A stretch of DNA of 64,000 bases. It comes from Candidatus Fervidifonticultor sextus (GTDB lineage Bacteria; Sysuimicrobiota; Sysuimicrobiia; Sysuimicrobiales; Humicultoraceae). Positions 59,525 to 64,000 of this stretch are shown here, one piece after another. Both the position numbers and the translations under genes were made by a program. Every line of letters starts with the position of its first letter. The first letter of the stretch is position 1. Below the pieces are notes generated by a model. The model had not been told where the DNA came from. It made no database searches and saw nothing but the letters and a program-made list of their open reading frames with translations. The stretch spans positions 1-64,000 of the forward strand of contig JAVKHQ010000005.1 in NCBI GenBank assembly GCA_031459875.1, in the 5' to 3' direction.

Positions 59525-59931
59525 GCCTGGCCGGTGTTCGACAGTGGTAGGATGAAGTCCTCCCCCCTTCCAACCCGATGCAGACATGGACATCCGGACG
59601 ACGGCCCGCGGCAAGCGCGATGGCACCATCGTGCGCCACCTGCAGCTCGCCCACAACGAGCGGGGTCCGCGGACCGGAATGCCCCGGGCCCGCGTCCTGT
59701 CCCGGCAATCCGGGCCAACCTGGGAAGCGCCCGGAACTCCAAGGTGGCGGGCTCACCGGCCCTCACGACGACAGCCCGGGATGTGGGAACCACCGCCAGG
59801 TCGGCGGAGAACGCCACGACGTCCCACGCGCCCGGCACCACCCGCAGGTGGGCCCTCCCCGTCGCGTGTCCCGTGGTCATTGCACCGGCCCGCGCGTCAT
59901 GGCAGTGTCCCAGCTTCGATCATGGTCCGTA

Positions 59932-60561
59932 TCAGGGCTTCTGGCTGATAGCCAGCCGCCCGTACCTCTCTGGAAGGAACACGCCCACGTTCCGCGGCCA
60001 CCAGAAGCTGGGGCCACGGTCGTAGTTGTCCCAGTAGTGCAATCCGGTGGCCACCGTCCCGCCGAGTGCAACACCGATCTCCTCCAATGGGACCGACAGC
60101 TCGTACATCATGTGGCGCGCTGCGGGCGGGCCCATCGCCGCGCCCCGTGCGCGGCTGTCGAAGTGAAATGTCCGTCGGCCTCGCGCATCGATGCGGTCCG
60201 TGCGCAGCCGGCCGTCGCCATAGAGCCAGTAGCCGACCTCGCCCTTGAACCAGATGGCCATGTTGTCGAAGCCGGTGTGGGGAGGGCTGGACGCCGTGGT
60301 GTTGGTGATGTCGTGGATGGCGTCGACACCCACGTAAAGCCGCTCCGTATCGTTCATGACGAGGAAGACGCACCGCGCACCCCCATCGCGGCTGGCCAGG
60401 GTCAGGCGGGCCGCTGCCCGCCACTCGTCCTCTCCGACGACCCCGTCGATGTCAGGCGGCGTGACCGCGTAAGGACTCTGGAGCACCTCCTGCCCACCGG
60501 CTCCTCCCGCGAGGAGACCGGCGATCGCCAGAAGTGCGCCAGCGGCCCCGACCCGTCTCAT
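59932..60561 (-). CDS. Secreted DOMON/CBM9-like domain protein
   Basis: Signal peptide, PPDIDGVVGEDEW, LYVGV and YELSVPL; AGGTG RBS. Confidence 0.65.
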   Translation of the reverse strand: MRRVGAAGALLAIAGLLAGGAGGQEVLQSPYAVTPPDIDGVVGEDEWRAAARLTLASRDGGARCVFLVMNDTERLYVGVDAIHDITNTTASSPPHTGFDNMAIWFKGEVGYWLYGDGRLRTDRIDARGRRTFHFDSRARGAAMGPPAARHMMYELSVPLEEIGVALGGTVATGLHYWDNYDRGPSFWWPRNVGVFLPERYGRLAISQKP

Positions 60562-60620
60562 ATCACCTGCTCCGGGTTTGGGACGCGGATGGGGGGCGTC
60601 CGTTCACGTTTGGTCCACCG

Positions 60621-61184
60621 CTATGGCATTCGTGGAATCTGCGACGCAGGCCAGAGACCATCGGCGGATCCCGCCGGGAAGACTTGCAAGTAGTAGACCG
60701 TATTGGCTGGTACGGGCAGCGGCACACCCGTTTGTGTGTAGCCGCCAATGGCTAACCCAATGTGGTCATACACGGCGACGATGAAACCGGTCCTGTCGCT
60801 GAGAAGCCAGCGGAAGCTGGGGGTGCCATATACCTGCCACGCGGTCTGAAGGGGAGTGCCCAAGGCCACACCCTCGGCTGTACGGAACCGGATCGCCTCA
60901 CCAGCCCCCTGGAGCAGCAGGGCTACCACTTGATCGGTGTCGCGACGGACGAGGGCAACGAGCGCCCAGCGCTGTCCCTGCGGTCCGAACGTCCATCCTA
61001 TGGCCGCGAGGGTCGGGTTGGCCGCCGCCCCCAGGTTCTGCGGGAGCCCCAGTTGCATGCGCAGTGCCGCGCCCGTCACGCCGAGCCGGTAGGGGCCGAT
61101 GCGGTCCCCAGGTACCATCACCGAGTCCTCCGGCGTGGCGGCGGCGCCTGGGAGCCAGGCGAAGGTGGCGCCTGCCAGCGTCAT
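60621..61184 (-). CDS. Hypothetical secreted protein, paralog of 61282-61764
   Basis: VPGDRIGPYRLGVT and FRTAEGVALGTP; start uncertain. Confidence 0.65.
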   Translation of the reverse strand: MTLAGATFAWLPGAAATPEDSVMVPGDRIGPYRLGVTGAALRMQLGLPQNLGAAANPTLAAIGWTFGPQGQRWALVALVRRDTDQVVALLLQGAGEAIRFRTAEGVALGTPLQTAWQVYGTPSFRWLLSDRTGFIVAVYDHIGLAIGGYTQTGVPLPVPANTVYYLQVFPAGSADGLWPASQIPRMP

Positions 61185-61281
61185 GAGCAGAAGCGCGAGT
61201 CTCGTAGCGGGCGTCGAGCCGCCGCCGATCCGCCTGTGCGCAGGGTCGATGACGGGTGCTGGCGACCCAGGCGGTCTTTGG

Positions 61282-61764
61282 CTACTGGGATTTGTGATCA
61301 AAGACCCCAATGGCAATGATCCTGCCCTCTTTGGTCTGCACATAGAGCCCAATTCTCCAGTAGGCGCGCGCTTCGACATTTCCCGGATATTGGTGGCGCC
61401 ATTCCGGTCGACCGAAGCGGTCGAGCTCTGAACCAGGACTGCCAAGGCCGACGCCATCGGCCGTCCTGAAGACCCGGTTCGCCTCAGAGTCGAGGAGCGT
61501 CGCGGCCGAGACCGTGTGGGTCGCGTTGAAGAACGAGAAGTAGATACGCTTGTCCCGCCAGAGCATGCCGTAGGACTGAGGCATGGTGGTCGAACCTCGT
61601 TCCCCGACCGACCCCATCAGGCCGATCACGCCGGCCAGCGTCATGCCCAGATTGTAGGGTCCGATGCGTTTGCCAGGGACGATCAGGGTGCCGTCTTCAA
61701 CCTGCGCAGCGGCCAATGTGTGCGCCGCCAGGATGCTGACGAGAACCGCGAGTCCTTTCCGCAT
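61282..61764 (-). CDS. Hypothetical secreted protein
   Basis: Signal peptide, VPGKRIGPYNLGMT and FRTADGVGLGSP; GGAG RBS. Confidence 0.75.
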   Translation of the reverse strand: MRKGLAVLVSILAAHTLAAAQVEDGTLIVPGKRIGPYNLGMTLAGVIGLMGSVGERGSTTMPQSYGMLWRDKRIYFSFFNATHTVSAATLLDSEANRVFRTADGVGLGSPGSELDRFGRPEWRHQYPGNVEARAYWRIGLYVQTKEGRIIAIGVFDHKSQ

Positions 61765-61899
61765 GACGCCACTCCACGAGAAGGTCGCGCCCGGTCACCC
61801 GGTCAGCTGACGGCCTACCTGTCTTGAATTGTTCAGCAGGCCCGGACGGCCCGCAAGGAGAAACATTCGCAAAACTTCGCAGGTCGTGGGGGACATCCG

Positions 61900-63258
61900 A
61901 TGCTCCGCCTCTCGCTCACGGACAGGCGGGTTACCGCAGAAGGGCGGCCGCTGGCCCTCAGCCCGGCGTTTTTCCAACTGTACTGCCTGCTGGCCTACGA
62001 GCGCGCCTCCGGCCGTGATCGGTTCGTCACCGTCCGCGACGTCCGGCGCCTCTCCCGGTGGGGACGAGCCACCCCCGACAGCATCGGGAAGAGCATTCAC
62101 CGCCACGTCCGCCGGGCGCAGCGCGCCGGATGGGACCTCATCGAGTCTCCGCCCAGGGCAGCGACGAAGTTGTTTCGGCTGAAGGACGCCCATGTCGTAT
62201 TCGATACGCCGCTGTCCGCCGTCGAGAGTTTCCTCGGCCTCGATCTCGCCGTCACGACTCCATCGTACCCGTGGCCCGGCGGGCGATCGCCGGCCGTCGA
62301 TAGGATGTTCAGGTTCTTGTGGGCGATGGTGCGGGCACGGATGGAGCTGGAGCGCGGCGACTTAGTCAGAGCCCGGTCCATGATCGAGGAGGCCGAACGG
62401 GTAGAAGGACAGCGCCCCAGAGACCGCATCCTGCTCCTCCTGCTGACCTCCAGCATCCTGGAGCACGAAGGGCGGTTCGACGAAGCGCTGGCGAAGGCGC
62501 AGGATGCCCTGGCAATGTGCCGCGCTCACGGCGGCGATTACCTGACGCTGGCCCGCGCCTGCATCCGGGTGGGGTTCCTGGGCGCAATGCTGCGGCAGCC
62601 GCACCGCTACGGGGAAGCCCGCGACCTGTACCTGGAAGCCCAGAGGCTCATCGAGGGTTCCCAGCACCTGATCGAGCTCTCGCAGATCGCCACGGGGCTC
62701 GGACATCTGGCTCGGAGGGCACACGATCTGGATGATGCGCTGGCCTACTTCATCCGCGCCCTCGAGTACGCCGCGGCGGAGGCCTGGGGGTGGGGCATTC
62801 AGGCAGGTCTGTTCAATCTGGGCCTGGTCCAGGCGGAGCGCGGTGACAGCCTGCAAGACCAGCGCGCCCGCCAGGCCGCCTACCTGGAGGCCCGCGCCTG
62901 GTTGGAGCGAGCGGTGGAGTTTGTGGACCGGACCGGCATCGGCCGGTATTCCAGCGAAGGGCTGTCGGTGATGGCCCACGTCCTGCTGCGCCTGGGCCGA
63001 GGTAGAGCGGCCGTCGTCTGGGCCAGAGCGGCCCTGGATCGCGCACGGGCGGTGCAGAACAGGAAGAGCCGGGCCGTGGCACTGGAAACCCTCGGAGAGG
63101 CCCTCTGCGCCATTGGTGACCGGGCAGAGGGAATCAGGGCGCTGCGGGAAGCATACTCCGAGTATGGGGCCATGGGCTTCGAGCCCGATGCCCGGCGCGT
63201 CCTGCACCTGATCGCTGAAGCCAGGAGCCGCCGGCGGGGCGGCAAGCCCCGACCGTGA
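61900..63258 (+). CDS. Putative regulator: N-terminal winged-helix-like domain plus TPR array
   Basis: First ~95 aa resemble an OmpR-type wHTH; the remainder has TPR-like repeats ([36 protein letters not shown]). Confidence 0.65.
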   Translation: MLRLSLTDRRVTAEGRPLALSPAFFQLYCLLAYERASGRDRFVTVRDVRRLSRWGRATPDSIGKSIHRHVRRAQRAGWDLIESPPRAATKLFRLKDAHVVFDTPLSAVESFLGLDLAVTTPSYPWPGGRSPAVDRMFRFLWAMVRARMELERGDLVRARSMIEEAERVEGQRPRDRILLLLLTSSILEHEGRFDEALAKAQDALAMCRAHGGDYLTLARACIRVGFLGAMLRQPHRYGEARDLYLEAQRLIEGSQHLIELSQIATGLGHLARRAHDLDDALAYFIRALEYAAAEAWGWGIQAGLFNLGLVQAERGDSLQDQRARQAAYLEARAWLERAVEFVDRTGIGRYSSEGLSVMAHVLLRLGRGRAAVVWARAALDRARAVQNRKSRAVALETLGEALCAIGDRAEGIRALREAYSEYGAMGFEPDARRVLHLIAEARSRRRGGKPRP

Positions 63259-63283
63259 CGGTTACAGGCGGACAGGGGATGGC

Positions 63284-63868
63284 ATGAGCGGCACCGGCGG
63301 GAACATCGAGGTTATCTGCGGGAGTATGTTCAGCGGGAAGACTGAGGAGTTGATCCGTCGGGTGCGGCGCGCCCAGATCGCCCGGCAGCGGGTTCAGGTG
63401 TTCAAGCACGCGCTGGACGACCGCTACGCGGTCGGGGCGATCACCTCCCATGACGGCGGGCGCATCGAGGCGGTGCCGGTCACCACCAGCGCGGAGATCC
63501 TGGCGCAGGTGCATTCTGAGACCGGCGTGGTGGCCGTCGACGAGGTCCAGTTCCTCGACGACGGCATCCGCCAGGTGGCCCAGACCCTCGCCGCCCGCGG
63601 CGTCCGCGTGATCCTGGCCGGTCTGGATGTGGACTTTCGCGGCGAACCGTTCGGTCCGATGGGGTATCTGCTGGCGGTCGCCGAGGAGGTCACCAAACTG
63701 CAGGCCATCTGCATGATCTGCGGAGCGCCGGCCACCCGGACACAGCGCCTGGTGGACGGCCGGCCCGCGCACTACACCGACCCGGTGATCTTCATCGGCG
63801 CCGGCGAAGCCTACCAGGCCCGCTGCCGGCGCTGCCACGAGGTGCCGGGCCGGCCGGGCGAACCCTGA
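63284..63868 (+). CDS. tdk: Thymidine kinase
   Basis: [28 protein letters not shown], and the Zn-binding CMIC and CRRC. Confidence 0.96.
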   Translation: MSGTGGNIEVICGSMFSGKTEELIRRVRRAQIARQRVQVFKHALDDRYAVGAITSHDGGRIEAVPVTTSAEILAQVHSETGVVAVDEVQFLDDGIRQVAQTLAARGVRVILAGLDVDFRGEPFGPMGYLLAVAEEVTKLQAICMICGAPATRTQRLVDGRPAHYTDPVIFIGAGEAYQARCRRCHEVPGRPGEP

Positions 63869-63915
63869 CTGTGCGGGTTCGCGGGCGGCTGGGGTCCCGT
63901 ACTATAATCGGGACG

Positions 63916-64000
63916 GTGAACTCGATGGATGCCAGACTCAAGGCCCGCCTGGAGGCGCTGGAGGCCCGCTACGAGGCCCTGGCGGCCCAGATGGCCGACC
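63916..64000 (+). CDS. prfA: Peptide chain release factor 1, 5' end (partial)
   Basis: RLEALEARYEALAAQMAD resembles the RF1 N-terminus; conserved position after tdk; start is GTG 63916 or ATG 63925. Confidence 0.75.
   Translation, partial: MNSMDARLKARLEALEARYEALAAQMAD

Noticed and set aside
61900..63258. Anti-phage STAND or CHAT-TPR defence protein
   Set aside because: No Walker motifs, caspase-like dyad or nuclease motif visible
1..64000. Many long antisense or alternate-frame ORFs (e.g. 28747-30750, 41844-44009, 52974-55295)
   Set aside because: Shadow ORFs expected at high GC; they overlap well-supported genes and lack recognisable motifs
1..64000. CRISPR arrays, IS elements, integrases, rRNA
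   Set aside because: No regularly spaced repeats, transposase or recombinase motifs, or rRNA-like sequence seen on reading

Overview
High-GC (about 70% by eye), gene-dense bacterial chromosome segment. SLH proteins, many Dpp/Opp-type transporters and the tal-rho-rpmE-tdk-prfA order suggest a Terrabacteria lineage, possibly Armatimonadota/CSP1-3-like (inference only). Housekeeping genes: accDABC, ferredoxin, htrA, glpX, argS, tal, rho, rpmE, tdk and the 5' end of prfA. There are four family-5 peptide ABC modules, each with a binding protein and two permeases but no ATPase, all beside hydrolases. A near-complete peptidoglycan-recycling set is split over two loci: nagZ-nagA, and a RpiR/GNAT/ABC/AmiE-like/MurK-like/murQ/anmK operon. 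An uncharacterised catabolic cluster encodes a racemase, two M28-fold proteins lacking the catalytic EE motif, a CapA-like enzyme, a frameshifted PanE-like reductase and an SDR. A ~6.6 kb accessory block between rpmE and tdk carries a wHTH-TPR regulator, divergent secreted paralogs, SCO/PCuAC and a gluzincin. A structured RNA candidate lies between argS and an SLH gene. No CRISPR array, rRNA, canonical tRNA, transposase or integrase was seen. All functional calls come from motif recognition; no database search was run.
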